A stretch of DNA of 64,000 nt from an uncultured Alphaproteobacteria bacterium (GCA_963789305.1 CAWBKC010000005.1:284910-348909), one strand, 5' to 3'. Positions 35,427 through 45,404 are shown, counted from the first letter of the stretch. Made by a program: numbers and translations. The notes: generated from the sequence alone by a model not told the origin.

Positions 35427-36304
35427 GGACCGGCACTGTCGCGGCAGGGCGGGTCGGATATTTCATAAGGCGAAGGGATCACCGGTGGCGGGCAGCTGCG
35501 CGAATTTCCTCCGTCGGCGATGCAGCTTTCGTGAGCGGCGCGGATCCGCTGCGAATCCGCTTTATGTGCTGCACGCTGACGCTTCAGCCGCATGATCTCT
35601 TCGGGAGAGCATAGAGGCTTTCTCCCGACGCCGAGCAAATTGTACGCCTCGGTGACCCGGCACGCCTTTGCCATCGCTTCAGGAGCAGGCACGGTGTTCG
35701 GCGCGCTGCATCCGATACCGCGAAACAGGCCCTCCGGCTCGCCTGCCCGGATCGTATCCTGTGCGCGGTATGGCGAGGTCGACAGGGCGAGATACCCTTC
35801 GTCATCGCGAAACACCGCCATGCCGGGGGCAGCGATCAGGCGGTCGGGCTGCCCATCCACCTGCAGGACGAGGCATCCGCCGCGCAATACGGCTTTTCCG
35901 CGCCAGACCGGCGGACTTTCCAGCGTGCAAGTCACTGTTCCGTCCGGTCCGGGCGCAGGGCCGCCCTTCTTCTCGATGGAGACGAGGCCCCGCAGAAATG
36001 CCGCGACATCGGGCGAAATGCCCGGCGTGCGCTCCGCTTGCGGGCCGTCTGCAGCAACTATTCGCAGCGGCGCTTCGTCGACATTGCCGAAGCCGTCAGG
36101 GCCCAAAGCCATGCCCTGTGTCGGCTCACCGGTTTTCCCTGCAGGTGCAGCTTCGATCAGCGCGTCATAGACGGGCGGAGCGATATTTGGGCGGTCCGGT
36201 TCGAGAAAGCCGAAAAAGAATAGCGGCGGCAATGCCAGCATGCCGATCAGCAGGATGATTGCGAGCGGCGAAATATTCCCGTTCGGATTGCGCGGGGGTT
36301 TCAT
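35423..36304 (-). CDS. Hypothetical membrane-anchored Cys/Pro-rich protein
   Basis: 293-aa ORF, N-terminal TM, 8 Cys, ATGA overlap with mnmA stop. Confidence 0.65.
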   Translation of the reverse strand: MKPPRNPNGNISPLAIILLIGMLALPPLFFFGFLEPDRPNIAPPVYDALIEAAPAGKTGEPTQGMALGPDGFGNVDEAPLRIVAADGPQAERTPGISPDVAAFLRGLVSIEKKGGPAPGPDGTVTCTLESPPVWRGKAVLRGGCLVLQVDGQPDRLIAAPGMAVFRDDEGYLALSTSPYRAQDTIRAGEPEGLFRGIGCSAPNTVPAPEAMAKACRVTEAYNLLGVGRKPLCSPEEIMRLKRQRAAHKADSQRIRAAHESCIADGGNSRSCPPPVIPSPYEISDPPCRDSAGP

Positions 36305-37485
36305 CCCACGGCTGTGCTGAAGGCGGCCTCGGCTGGAATGGTTTCGTCGATCCAGCCTCCGCCCACAACGCGGTCTCCGGCATAGACGACCGCCGCCTGA
36401 CCCGGCGCGACGCCCAGTTCCGGCGTCTCGAACCGCAGCGTCGCGCCCGCGCCTTCGCCGAGCGAGCCGGACAGCGTAACCGGGACCGGCTTCGATAACG
36501 AACGGACCTTGGCGGTCAGCGGGACGGCGGGAAGCGGACCGATGCGGTTGGTCTCGATCAATCCGACCTCCGCAATCGCCAGCATTCGCTTTGGGCCGAC
36601 CCGCACTTGCGCGCTGTCTGCGTCGATGCCCACGACATAGAGCGGTTCGGGCTGGCCGCCGATTTCGAGGCCTCTTCTCTGCCCGACCGTATAGTGGATG
36701 ACGCCGGGATGCGTGCCCAGAGTTTCGCCGGTGGCGGCATGGACGATATCGCCCGTGCGCCCGCCTTCCGGCCGCATCTTCTTGACGATCTTGGCATAAT
36801 CGCCGTCAGGCACGAAGCAGATGTCCTGACTGTCGGGCTTGGCAGCGTTGCGCAGGCCGGCCTCTTCGGCAAGCGCGCGCACTTGCGATTTGGGTAACCC
36901 TCCGAGGGGAAAACGCAGATAGTCGAGCTGTTCCTGCGTGGTCCCGTACAGGAAGTAGGACTGGTCGCGGGCCGGATCATGCGCCCGGTGCAGCTCCGAT
37001 CCGCCCGGCCCCATGACGCGGCGGACATAATGTCCCGTGGCAAGACAATCCGCCCCGAGCTCGCGCGCCATCCGCAGCAGGTCGGTAAATTTCGGGCCCA
37101 TATTGCAGCGGATGCAGGGTACGGGCGTGCGGCCTTGCAGATAATCGTCGGCGAACTGCTCGACCACGTCTTCGCGGAATGCGCTTTCGTGGTCGAATAC
37201 GTAATGCGCGATGCCCAGCCTGTCGGACACGGCGCGGGCATCGGCGATATCGTCGCCAGCACAGCACGCGCCCTTGCGGCCCGTGGCAGCGCCGTAATCG
37301 TACAATTGCAAGGTAATACCGATGACTTCCGCGCCGCTGCGCGCGGCCAGCGCGGCCACGACGGACGAATCCACACCGCCCGACATGGCGACCACGATCC
37401 GGCGATCGGCGGCGTTACCGGGCAAGTCGAAAAGGTCGGCAGCGTCTGCCGGGGTCAATGTCAGGGCGTCGGGCATGGGGGACAT
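36301..37485 (-). CDS. mnmA: tRNA 2-thiouridine(34) synthase
   Basis: [40 protein letters not shown]. Confidence 0.96.
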   Translation of the reverse strand: MSPMPDALTLTPADAADLFDLPGNAADRRIVVAMSGGVDSSVVAALAARSGAEVIGITLQLYDYGAATGRKGACCAGDDIADARAVSDRLGIAHYVFDHESAFREDVVEQFADDYLQGRTPVPCIRCNMGPKFTDLLRMARELGADCLATGHYVRRVMGPGGSELHRAHDPARDQSYFLYGTTQEQLDYLRFPLGGLPKSQVRALAEEAGLRNAAKPDSQDICFVPDGDYAKIVKKMRPEGGRTGDIVHAATGETLGTHPGVIHYTVGQRRGLEIGGQPEPLYVVGIDADSAQVRVGPKRMLAIAEVGLIETNRIGPLPAVPLTAKVRSLSKPVPVTLSGSLGEGAGATLRFETPELGVAPGQAAVVYAGDRVVGGGWIDETIPAEAAFSTAVG

Positions 37486-37570
37486 ATAGGCCGCAAACAC
37501 CCTTTCCGCAAAGCTTCCTGCCACCTCCGGTGCGCCAATCCCGCATTCGCGGGCGGTAATCCTAACCAGC

Positions 37571-37589
37571 GGTAAATTACGGATTTACC
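37571..37589. promoter_or_regulatory. Palindrome in mnmA/sciP divergent region (degenerate CtrA-like TAAA-N7-TTTA)
   Basis: GGTAAAT-TACGG-ATTTACC. Confidence 0.4.
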
Positions 37590-37622
37590 TGATCTTGACC
37601 ACCGCCGCCTATTGGCAAGGTC

Positions 37623-37952
37623 ATGTTCGAAAGCACAACCCTTCTAGGCGCCTCTCAGGAAGAGCCTGCAGCCGGTGCCGATTCGCTTCCGCGCCGCCCG
37701 TTTGCGTGGGCCGAGCTGGTTGCGCGCCTTGCCGCTACCCGCGACATGCGATCCGTTTTTGCGGAAGTGAGCCAAGGACACGGTGGCAGTTTTCTTGCCG
37801 CCGAACGTCTGATGGACGGGCCCTTTGCAAATTCGAATCTCAAACATGAAAGCGCTGTTAACCCTGTTGGTTTAACCGACGGCAAAGCTGGCGAGGCATT
37901 GTGTGCCGAAGCCGCGGCGGACGCGGCCAATGTCGACCGAGAGGCACAATGA
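37623..37952 (+). CDS. Hypothetical protein coupled to sciP
   Basis: 109-aa ORF, AAGG before ATG, stop overlaps sciP ATG (ATGA). Confidence 0.5.
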   Translation: MFESTTLLGASQEEPAAGADSLPRRPFAWAELVARLAATRDMRSVFAEVSQGHGGSFLAAERLMDGPFANSNLKHESAVNPVGLTDGKAGEALCAEAAADAANVDREAQ

Positions 37953-38248
37953 TAGAAAACCAGAAAATCCGGCCTGCAGAAGTCATCGGCCCCCTCGGAG
38001 AACCCCTCACCGTGGCCGATCTTCCTTCGCCGAAGACGAAACGCTGGGTCGTTCGCCGCAAGGCGGAAGTCGTGGCGGCGGTCAATGGCGGCCTGCTGAC
38101 TCTCGATGAGGTGCTCGAGCGCTATAATCTGACGCTCGAGGAATTCGCATCGTGGCAGCGTGCTGTCGATCGCTCGGGCATGCAGGGTCTCAGGGTTACC
38201 CGCATCCAGCACTACCGCGACCTCTACGAACGCCAGCTCAAATACTGA
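37949..38248 (+). CDS. sciP: CtrA inhibitor SciP (DUF1153)
   Basis: VIGPLGEPLT.ADLP, RWVVRRKAEVVAAV.GGLL, GLRVTRIQHYR; adjacent to mnmA. Confidence 0.93.
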   Translation: MIENQKIRPAEVIGPLGEPLTVADLPSPKTKRWVVRRKAEVVAAVNGGLLTLDEVLERYNLTLEEFASWQRAVDRSGMQGLRVTRIQHYRDLYERQLKY

Positions 38249-38336
38249 CGCGCGCAAACTTACGCGCGAAGACTAATGCTTTGGGCATTTGCGCATGGGC
38301 CTGTATACCTCCGGAAGGCTGTAATGCCTTAGTTCG

Positions 38337-38361
38337 GGAACCGGCAAGCAGTCGGCCCGTT
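38337..38361 (+). promoter_or_regulatory. EcfG/sigmaT general-stress promoter
   Basis: Exact GGAAC-N16-CGTT, 35 nt upstream of a stress-membrane-protein gene. Confidence 0.7.
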
Positions 38362-38396
38362 TGAAGGCCGATACGCCTGCAACAGGAGGAAAAATA

Positions 38397-38660
38397 ATGG
38401 GTTGGATTATCGCAATTATCGTCGGTGGCGTCGCCGGCTGGCTCGCAAGTCTCGTCATGAACCGTGACGCGTCGATGGGCATTTTCTGGAACATCGTCGT
38501 CGGCATCGTCGGCTCGGTCATCGGTAACGTGATCGCGCAGATGTTTGGCTGGTCGGGCTCGATCCAGGAATTCAGCATCGTCGGTCTCATCATCGCCGTC
38601 GTCGGCGCTGTTGTTCTGCTCGGTGTCATGAACCTGATCCAGCGTGGCCGTGTGCGCTAA
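38397..38660 (+). CDS. GlsB/YeaQ/YmgE family stress response membrane protein
   Basis: MGWIIAIIVGGVAGWLAS...NIVVGIVGSVIG; AGGAGG RBS. Confidence 0.92.
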   Translation: MGWIIAIIVGGVAGWLASLVMNRDASMGIFWNIVVGIVGSVIGNVIAQMFGWSGSIQEFSIVGLIIAVVGAVVLLGVMNLIQRGRVR

Positions 38661-38686
38661 GGCGCGCCGCCATATCTGACATTGAA

Positions 38687-38713
38687 GGGTCGCCCTGCGG
38701 GGCGGCCCTTTTT
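38687..38713 (+). terminator. Rho-independent terminator
   Basis: GGGTCGCCC-TGCG-GGGCGGCCC-TTTTT. Confidence 0.85.
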
Positions 38714-38867
38714 GTTTTTACCGGCGAATATCGCGCCTGACGCCGGTCTTTGCGACAGCGCAGTTGGTAGAAGGCGTGATTGCCAAGGCCTCACTCGACG
38801 CGGTATGGGGATTGCGCGGGGTGATATACCCGTCTAACACACTAGGGAAACCAGTGACGGGCCATTT

Positions 38868-40079
38868 ATGAATTACCAGTCGACCAGCGAATTCAGCGAA
38901 CACGCCCCCAAGATCGACACTGTGCCGCTTGGCCTGGACGGCGAACCTGTGAAGAAAGGGTCCCGCTCCCTGTGGCTATGGCTCGGGCTTGCGATCCTGA
39001 TCGCCGGGATTATCGCCGCAGCGTATTACTTCGTCTCGAGCGGCGATGGCACGGCGACGCCTGCTGCCGACCGCGACGAGCAGGCCCCCCGTATTTCCGT
39101 CATCTCTCCCGGCCGCACGACCATCGAAGGCGAGATTTCCGCCACCGGCACGCTGGCTGCGCGCCGCGATGTGCCCGTCGGTGTTGTTGGCGAGGGAGGG
39201 CGCGTCGTTGCCGTCTCGGCTGAACAGGGCCAGTGGGTCAATGCCGGCCAGGTCCTCGTTTCGATCGACCGTTCGGTCCAGAACCAGCAGGCCCGCGCGC
39301 AGGCGGCGCAGGTTGAAGTCGCCCGCTCCGACGCGCAGCTGGCGCAAAGCAATCTCGACCGCGCGCTGCAACTGGTGGACCGCGGATTTATCTCCAAGGC
39401 CGATGTCGACCGTTTGACGGCGACACGAGATTCAGCAAGGGCGCGCGTCAATGTCGCGCAGGCGCAGCTTTCCGAACTTCAGGCACGCAACGCCCGCCTG
39501 AACATCGTAGCCCCTGTTTCTGGCCTCGTGCTGGAACGCAATGTCGAGCCGGGACAGACGGTCAGCGCGGGATCGCCGCCGCTCTTCCGGATCGCGCGCG
39601 GCGGCGAGATGGAGCTTCAGGCGCGGGTCGGTGAAAATGATCTCGCGAAACTTTCTACCGGTGTTGAGGCCACTGTAACGCCTGCCGGAACAGATAAGGT
39701 ATTCAGCGGACAGATCTGGCAGCTTGCGCCAACCATCGACGAACAGAACCGACAGGGCGTCGCACGTATCTCGCTGCCCTATGCGCTTGAACTGCGGCCC
39801 GGCGGCTTTGCTACGGCGAGCATCAAGAGCGGGACGATTGTCGCGCCGCTTCTGCCTGAATCTGCCGTCCTTTCCGATGACGATGGCAGTTTCGTCTTCA
39901 TCGTGGGGGCGGAGAACAAGGCTGTGCGGCAACCGGTGAAAACCGGCATGGTCACGAGCGAGGGCATTGCCATCGTCGAAGGGCTCACGGGATCCGAGCG
40001 TGTCATCCTGCGCGCCGGCGGCTTCGTGACCGAGGGCGAGACCATTTCGCCTCAGGCAATCAAGCGCCAGGGCGGATAA
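38868..40079 (+). CDS. RND efflux periplasmic adaptor (MFP)
   Basis: N-terminal TM, lipoyl halves (GQWVNAGQVL / IVAPVSGLV), coiled-coil hairpin. Confidence 0.93.
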   Translation: MNYQSTSEFSEHAPKIDTVPLGLDGEPVKKGSRSLWLWLGLAILIAGIIAAAYYFVSSGDGTATPAADRDEQAPRISVISPGRTTIEGEISATGTLAARRDVPVGVVGEGGRVVAVSAEQGQWVNAGQVLVSIDRSVQNQQARAQAAQVEVARSDAQLAQSNLDRALQLVDRGFISKADVDRLTATRDSARARVNVAQAQLSELQARNARLNIVAPVSGLVLERNVEPGQTVSAGSPPLFRIARGGEMELQARVGENDLAKLSTGVEATVTPAGTDKVFSGQIWQLAPTIDEQNRQGVARISLPYALELRPGGFATASIKSGTIVAPLLPESAVLSDDDGSFVFIVGAENKAVRQPVKTGMVTSEGIAIVEGLTGSERVILRAGGFVTEGETISPQAIKRQGG

Positions 40080-40081
40080 TT

Positions 40082-43000
40082 ATGAACTTCCAGAACATCT
40101 CCGCGTGGTCGATCCGCAACCCGGTCATTCCCCTCGTCCTGTTTACCGGACTGCTGTTCGCCGGCCTTCTGGCCTTTGCTCGCATGGATGTCGTGAACAA
40201 TCCGGACATCGAATTTCCGGCTGTCAGCGTTTCGATTTCGCAGCCGGGTGCTGCCCCGACGGAGATCGAGAACCAGATTACCCAGCGGGTCGAATCCGCC
40301 GTGCGATCGATCAACGGCGTCGCCTCGATCAATTCCACAGCCCGCGAGGGCAATTCCAATACCTTCATCGAATTCGAGATCGGTACCGATCCGAACGATG
40401 CTGTCGCCGAAGTGAAAAACGCGGTCGACACGATCCGTGGCAGCCTGCCGGACGGCATTCTGGAACCGCGCGTCAACAAGCAGGAAATTTCCGGCGGTTT
40501 CCTCGGCATTTATGCTGTCGAAGCCAACGACATGACGATCGAGCAGCTCAGCTGGTTCATCGACGATACGATTGCAAAACAGTTGCTCAGCATCGAAGGC
40601 ATGGCCGAGGTCGACCGCTTCGGCGGCGTGGACCGGGAAATCGAGGTCATTCTCGATCTGCCGCGTATGCAGGCATTCGGCGTCACGGCCAGCCAGATCA
40701 ACGCGGTCCTGCGGCAGACGAATATCGATGCCGCCGGCGGTGCCACCGAAGTGGGCGGAACGCGCCAGTCGGTCCGCGTGCTGGGCAATACCGACAGCGC
40801 GTACGAACTTTCGCAGCAGCAGATCCAGCTGGGCAACGGGACGACGGTGAAACTGGCCGATGTCGCGACCGTCCGCGATGGCTACAGCGAGCGTACGTCG
40901 ATCAGCAAGGTGCGCGGCAAGGAAGTCGTGAACTTCGCCATGTCCCGCGCCAAGGGTGCATCGGACGTGACGGTGTTCGACGGCGCGCTGGAGAAAATCG
41001 AGGAAATCGAGGCCGAGAATCCCGGCGTCCGTTTCATCCCGCTGTTCAACACGGTGAAGTATACCGAGGAGCAGTACGAAAGCTCCATGGCGGCGATGAT
41101 CGAGGGCGCCATTCTGGCCGTCGTCGTCGTGTTCTTCTTCCTGCGCGACTGGCGCGCGACCATCATTTCCGCCGTCGCCATCCCGCTATCGGCCATCCCG
41201 ACCTTCTGGTTCATGGATCTGATGGGGTTCAACCTGAACACGCTGTCGCTGCTCGCGCTTGCTCTGGTGGCGGGGGTGCTGGTCGACGATGCCATTGTCG
41301 AGATCGAGAATATCGTGCGCCATATGAGGATGGGCAAGAGCGCCTATCAGGCCAGTATCGACGCGGCCGACGAAATCGGCCTTCCGGTGGTTGCAACCAG
41401 TTTCTGTATCGTCGCGGTGTTCTTCCCGGTCGGCGCGATGCCCGGGATTTCCGGCCAGTTCTTCAAGAATTTCGGCTTCACCGTGGTGGTCGCGGTGCTG
41501 ATGTCGCTTGCCGTTGCGCGCATGATCACGCCGATGCTGGCGGCCTATTTCCTCAAGGCGAAGGGTCATGCCGCGCATGGCGAGGGTCCGCTGATGGACC
41601 GGTATATGGGCATCCTGCGCTGGTCGCTCGACCGGGGCAAAATGCATGACCGCCGGGCCGATCTCGAGCCGCCGCGTCATCGCATTTGGTACGGCTTCGG
41701 CTTTTTCGTGGTCATCCTGCTGTTGCTGGCGGTGCCTGCCGGCCTCGTGATCGCGGGGTATGGTGCGCTTGCCGAACTCGAAATTCCCGAGAAGATCGGG
41801 ACTGCCATTAGCAGCGATCCGGACTCCAGCCTCGCGGTTCTGGGCAACCGCCTGGTCGGCCTGCTGCAATTCGCCCTGATCGTTCTTGCAGGATTCTTTG
41901 CCGGCTTTGCCTTGCTGAAGCTGATTGGCCTGCCCTTCCGCGCAGTGGGAGGCTGGCTGCGCAATGGCTGGCTTTGGCTGGAAGCGCGCTTCTACGATCA
42001 CCGCGCATGGATGCTGATGATCGGCTATTTCGCTCTTCTGCTGACGGTCCTGCTCTTCAGCAGCGTGCCCGGGCAGTTCCAGCCGACAATCGATGACGAC
42101 AACAGCCGTGTCGAAATCGAGATGGTGCCGGGCACGACGCTGGAGACGACCGAACGCGTGACACAGCAGGTCGCCGACCTGTTGTACGAACAGCCGGAAG
42201 TCGAGCGGGCGCTGGAGCGTGTGCGCGAAGGCCAGGCGACGATCTATATCAGCCTGAAGGAAGACCGCGAACGCACCTCGATCCAGTTCGAGCGCTCTCT
42301 GGCGCCGGAAATGGCCCAGATCGCCGACGCGCGCGTGCGCTTCGCGTCGCAATCGGGCGGGTTCGGTAGCGGGCGCGACATGACCGTGATGCTTGCCGGT
42401 TCCAATCCCGAATTGCTGGAGGAAACAGCGGCCACGCTGGTCGAGCAGATGAAGGGCATCAGCACCCTCGTCGCGCCGCGAATCAGTGCCGATATCAACC
42501 GGCCGGAACTCATCATCACGCCCCGGCCCGATCTGGCCGCCGAACTGGGCGTGACGACCGCTGCCATCAGCCAGACGATCCGCATCGCGACGCTTGGCGA
42601 GATCGAACAGAACGCAGCCAAGTTCTCGCTTTCGGACCGGCAAATCCCGATCCGCGTAAAACTGCCTGCGCAATCGCGTGAAGATCTCGGCACGATCGAG
42701 AACCTGCCGGTGCAGACCCGTACTGGCGGCAGCGTGCCGCTGGCACGCGTTGCCGAAATCAGCTTCGGCTCCGGTCCGACGACCATCCAGCGTTACAACC
42801 AGAACCGCCGTGTCCTGATCGGCGCCGATCTTGCGCAGGGCGTCGTCAAGGGCGAGGCGCAGCAGGAAATCGACGCATTGCCGATCCTGCAGAACCTGCC
42901 GCAGGGCGTGATCCGCGATGTGGTCGGCGAAGACGAATGGCAGCAGGAACTGATCCAGAGCCTGATCATCGCGATCATCGCCGGTGTCTTGCTGGTCTTC

Positions 43001-43549
43001 GCGGTGCTGGTGCTGCTCTACAAGCGCCTGATGAGCCCGCTGGTCAACATGACCTCGCTCGCGCTTGCCCCGCTCGGGGGCATCTTCCTGCTGTGGCTGC
43101 TCGACGGGGAGCAATCGATGCCGGTCTATATCGGTATGCTCTTGCTACTGGGCATCGTGTCCAAGAACTCGATCCTGCTGATCGACTTTGCGATCGAGGA
43201 AATGGACCGGGGCACGCGCAAGCTGGATGCCATCGTGGATGCAGGGCACAAACGCGCCCAGCCGATCGTCATGACGACGGTCGCCATGACGGCTGGCATG
43301 GTTCCGACAGCCATTGCGCTGACAGGGGATGGTGCATGGCGTCAGCCGATGGGCATCGTCGTCATCGGCGGCCTGATCGTCTCGACATTGCTGACGCTGC
43401 TGATCGTACCAGCGGGCTTCAGCCTCGCCGACGGACTGGAGCGGCGGCTTGGCCCATGGCTGCGCGGCAAGTTCCTGACCTACCGGCCCGGTGACGATGG
43501 GAAGCCAGTGGCGGAACCGGATGGGCAGGATCCCGTTCCTGCCGAGTGA
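40082..43549 (+). CDS. RND efflux permease (AcrB/MdtB-like) with internal membrane insertion
   Basis: GVLVDDAIVEIEN, KNSILLIDF, RAQPIVMTT proton-relay motifs; 1155 aa. Confidence 0.95.
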   Translation: MNFQNISAWSIRNPVIPLVLFTGLLFAGLLAFARMDVVNNPDIEFPAVSVSISQPGAAPTEIENQITQRVESAVRSINGVASINSTAREGNSNTFIEFEIGTDPNDAVAEVKNAVDTIRGSLPDGILEPRVNKQEISGGFLGIYAVEANDMTIEQLSWFIDDTIAKQLLSIEGMAEVDRFGGVDREIEVILDLPRMQAFGVTASQINAVLRQTNIDAAGGATEVGGTRQSVRVLGNTDSAYELSQQQIQLGNGTTVKLADVATVRDGYSERTSISKVRGKEVVNFAMSRAKGASDVTVFDGALEKIEEIEAENPGVRFIPLFNTVKYTEEQYESSMAAMIEGAILAVVVVFFFLRDWRATIISAVAIPLSAIPTFWFMDLMGFNLNTLSLLALALVAGVLVDDAIVEIENIVRHMRMGKSAYQASIDAADEIGLPVVATSFCIVAVFFPVGAMPGISGQFFKNFGFTVVVAVLMSLAVARMITPMLAAYFLKAKGHAAHGEGPLMDRYMGILRWSLDRGKMHDRRADLEPPRHRIWYGFGFFVVILLLLAVPAGLVIAGYGALAELEIPEKIGTAISSDPDSSLAVLGNRLVGLLQFALIVLAGFFAGFALLKLIGLPFRAVGGWLRNGWLWLEARFYDHRAWMLMIGYFALLLTVLLFSSVPGQFQPTIDDDNSRVEIEMVPGTTLETTERVTQQVADLLYEQPEVERALERVREGQATIYISLKEDRERTSIQFERSLAPEMAQIADARVRFASQSGGFGSGRDMTVMLAGSNPELLEETAATLVEQMKGISTLVAPRISADINRPELIITPRPDLAAELGVTTAAISQTIRIATLGEIEQNAAKFSLSDRQIPIRVKLPAQSREDLGTIENLPVQTRTGGSVPLARVAEISFGSGPTTIQRYNQNRRVLIGADLAQGVVKGEAQQEIDALPILQNLPQGVIRDVVGEDEWQQELIQSLIIAIIAGVLLVFAVLVLLYKRLMSPLVNMTSLALAPLGGIFLLWLLDGEQSMPVYIGMLLLLGIVSKNSILLIDFAIEEMDRGTRKLDAIVDAGHKRAQPIVMTTVAMTAGMVPTAIALTGDGAWRQPMGIVVIGGLIVSTLLTLLIVPAGFSLADGLERRLGPWLRGKFLTYRPGDDGKPVAEPDGQDPVPAE

Positions 43550-44850
43550 GTGATCGCCTGACGATAGCTGTGCCAACATCCGGCATGACCTCCCGTACCG
43601 CAGGCACCACCCCTGATGCCGCGCGAACGATGCGCGTCACCGCCACGCTCATGCTGGTGGCGATGGCGGGTATCTTCGTCGCCTCGAAGCAGGTGCTGGA
43701 CCTCCATCCGGCATGGGGCTTCGTAAATGCCTTCGCGGAAGCGGCCATGGTCGGCGGACTGGCAGACTGGTTCGCGGTAACGGCCCTGTTCCGGCACCCG
43801 CTGGGCCTGCCGATCCCGCACACCGCGATCATCCCCAAGAACAAGGACCGCATCGCCGATACGATGGCGGACTTCCTGCGGACGAATTTCCTCACCCCCG
43901 CCGTGGTCGCGCGCCGGATGCAGGGCATGAACGTGGCAGGTGCGGCCGGCGAATTTCTCGTCGATCCGGCAGGTGAAGCCGAGGGCGGCACGCGCTCGCG
44001 CATCACCGGCGGTGCGGCAGAGCTTTTTGCCGAAGTTCTTGAATTGCTCGACCCGAACCGCCTGGGCACGCAGGTGCGGAGCGGGCTGGCGACCCAGTTT
44101 GCCAAGATCGACGTTGCGCCGCTGGTCGGACGGATGCTGGAGAACGCGATTGCCGATTCGCGTCACCTTCCCCTGATGGACGGCGTCATCCGCTGGACCG
44201 GCCTGACGCTGGAAGACAATGAAGAGACGGTCCGCGAGATCATCAGCCAGCGTGCCAATTCGGTGCTGCGCTGGACGGGCCTCGACGAGCGGATCGCTTC
44301 TTCGGTGCTGGACGGCCTCTACCGCCTGCTGGCCGAAGTGCTGGTCGATCCCGACCACGAACTGCGTGGCAAGATCCAGGAAGGCATGGAGAAACTCGCG
44401 CAGGATTTGCAGCACGATCCCGAAACGCGCGAGCGGGTCGAGGAACTGAAGCGCGAGATGCTGGAAAATCCCGCGGTCGCCGAATGGTGGATGGCCGTGT
44501 GGGAGCGCATCCGCCTCTCGCTCATCCGCCGGGCCCGCGATCCGGACAGCGCGCTGGGCGACGAAATGCGCAAGGGGCTCGCCGAGCTTGGCAATGCACT
44601 TCAGCAGGACCGGCGCCTGCAAATGCAGGTCAATCGCTTCGCCCGCCGGACGGCCGTCGGCGTCGCCACCCGGTATGGCGCGCAGATCGTGCAACTGGTG
44701 TCGGAGACGGTGCGCCGCTGGGATGCCACCACCGTCACCGACCGGGTCGAGGGGGCAGTGGGCCGCGACCTGCAGTTCATCCGTATCAACGGCACGATTG
44801 TCGGCGGGCTGGTCGGCATGACGATCCACACGCTCGACATTCTTTTCTAG
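43546..44850 (+). CDS. DUF445 family protein
   Basis: EAAMVGGLADWFAVTALFRHPLGLPIPHTAIIP; GRDLQFIRINGT.VGG. Confidence 0.93.
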   Translation: MSDRLTIAVPTSGMTSRTAGTTPDAARTMRVTATLMLVAMAGIFVASKQVLDLHPAWGFVNAFAEAAMVGGLADWFAVTALFRHPLGLPIPHTAIIPKNKDRIADTMADFLRTNFLTPAVVARRMQGMNVAGAAGEFLVDPAGEAEGGTRSRITGGAAELFAEVLELLDPNRLGTQVRSGLATQFAKIDVAPLVGRMLENAIADSRHLPLMDGVIRWTGLTLEDNEETVREIISQRANSVLRWTGLDERIASSVLDGLYRLLAEVLVDPDHELRGKIQEGMEKLAQDLQHDPETRERVEELKREMLENPAVAEWWMAVWERIRLSLIRRARDPDSALGDEMRKGLAELGNALQQDRRLQMQVNRFARRTAVGVATRYGAQIVQLVSETVRRWDATTVTDRVEGAVGRDLQFIRINGTIVGGLVGMTIHTLDILF

Positions 44851-44914
44851 GCGCCAGGGCCGCTCAAAATATCCCGAGCGCCCGCAGATCCACGTGCCTC
44901 TCTACAAGGGGGGT

Positions 44915-45376
44915 ATGACACATGATCACCGCCACGATCTCCAGACCATTACTCTGCGCGCCGGGGAGCAGGTTTTTATCAACGGGACACTGATCGAGGC
45001 ATCGGTGCCAAGCACGCTGCGAATTTCGCGGCAGGCCAGCGTCGTGCGGGGTGCACAGCCACGCCGGCAGACCGATCTCAGGCGCGCTTTGACGCATCTC
45101 TATCAACAGACGCTGCAAGCCGAGCACAAGGCGGGAGGAATAAGAGATACGCGGCCCTTCCTGCTCCACAGCCTGAACCTGCTGACGACGCAAATGCGCA
45201 CGCGGGAAAGCCAGGCCCATTGCGCTGCATACGCCACTGCGCTCGCTTGCGGTGATATCGATGCTGCACTGGCGGCTTTGCGGCATCTGTCGCAGGCCGT
45301 GAGGCAGGGCACGGTTCGCGAAGCGCCGATGATGCAGGCGGCTCCGCCGCAGATGACCCTGGCCGTAATCACTTAG
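44915..45376 (+). CDS. FlbT-like protein (divergent flagellar post-transcriptional regulator family)
   Basis: ITLRAGEQVFINGTLI...ASVVRG...HLY...GDIDAALAALRHL follows the FlbT pattern (L.L.PGE....NGA.I...Y.AL...R.L); G-rich RBS. Confidence 0.7.
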   Translation: MTHDHRHDLQTITLRAGEQVFINGTLIEASVPSTLRISRQASVVRGAQPRRQTDLRRALTHLYQQTLQAEHKAGGIRDTRPFLLHSLNLLTTQMRTRESQAHCAAYATALACGDIDAALAALRHLSQAVRQGTVREAPMMQAAPPQMTLAVIT

Positions 45377-45404
45377 TCATAATTACTTAGCCGTGATTAC
45401 CTAG
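45363..45404 (+). repeat. Three tandem degenerate 14-bp repeats
   Basis: CCGTAATCACTTAG / TCATAATTACTTAG / CCGTGATTACCTAG. Confidence 0.85.

Noticed and set aside
44865-44891. Sigma28-like promoter before the FlbT-like gene (CAAA-N15-GCAGATCC)
   Set aside because: Four mismatches to TAAA-N15-GCCGATAA; too weak to claim.
45363-45404. Possible mini-CRISPR or iteron origin
   Set aside because: Units are 14 bp, contiguous and have no spacers; there are no cas or rep genes in the window.
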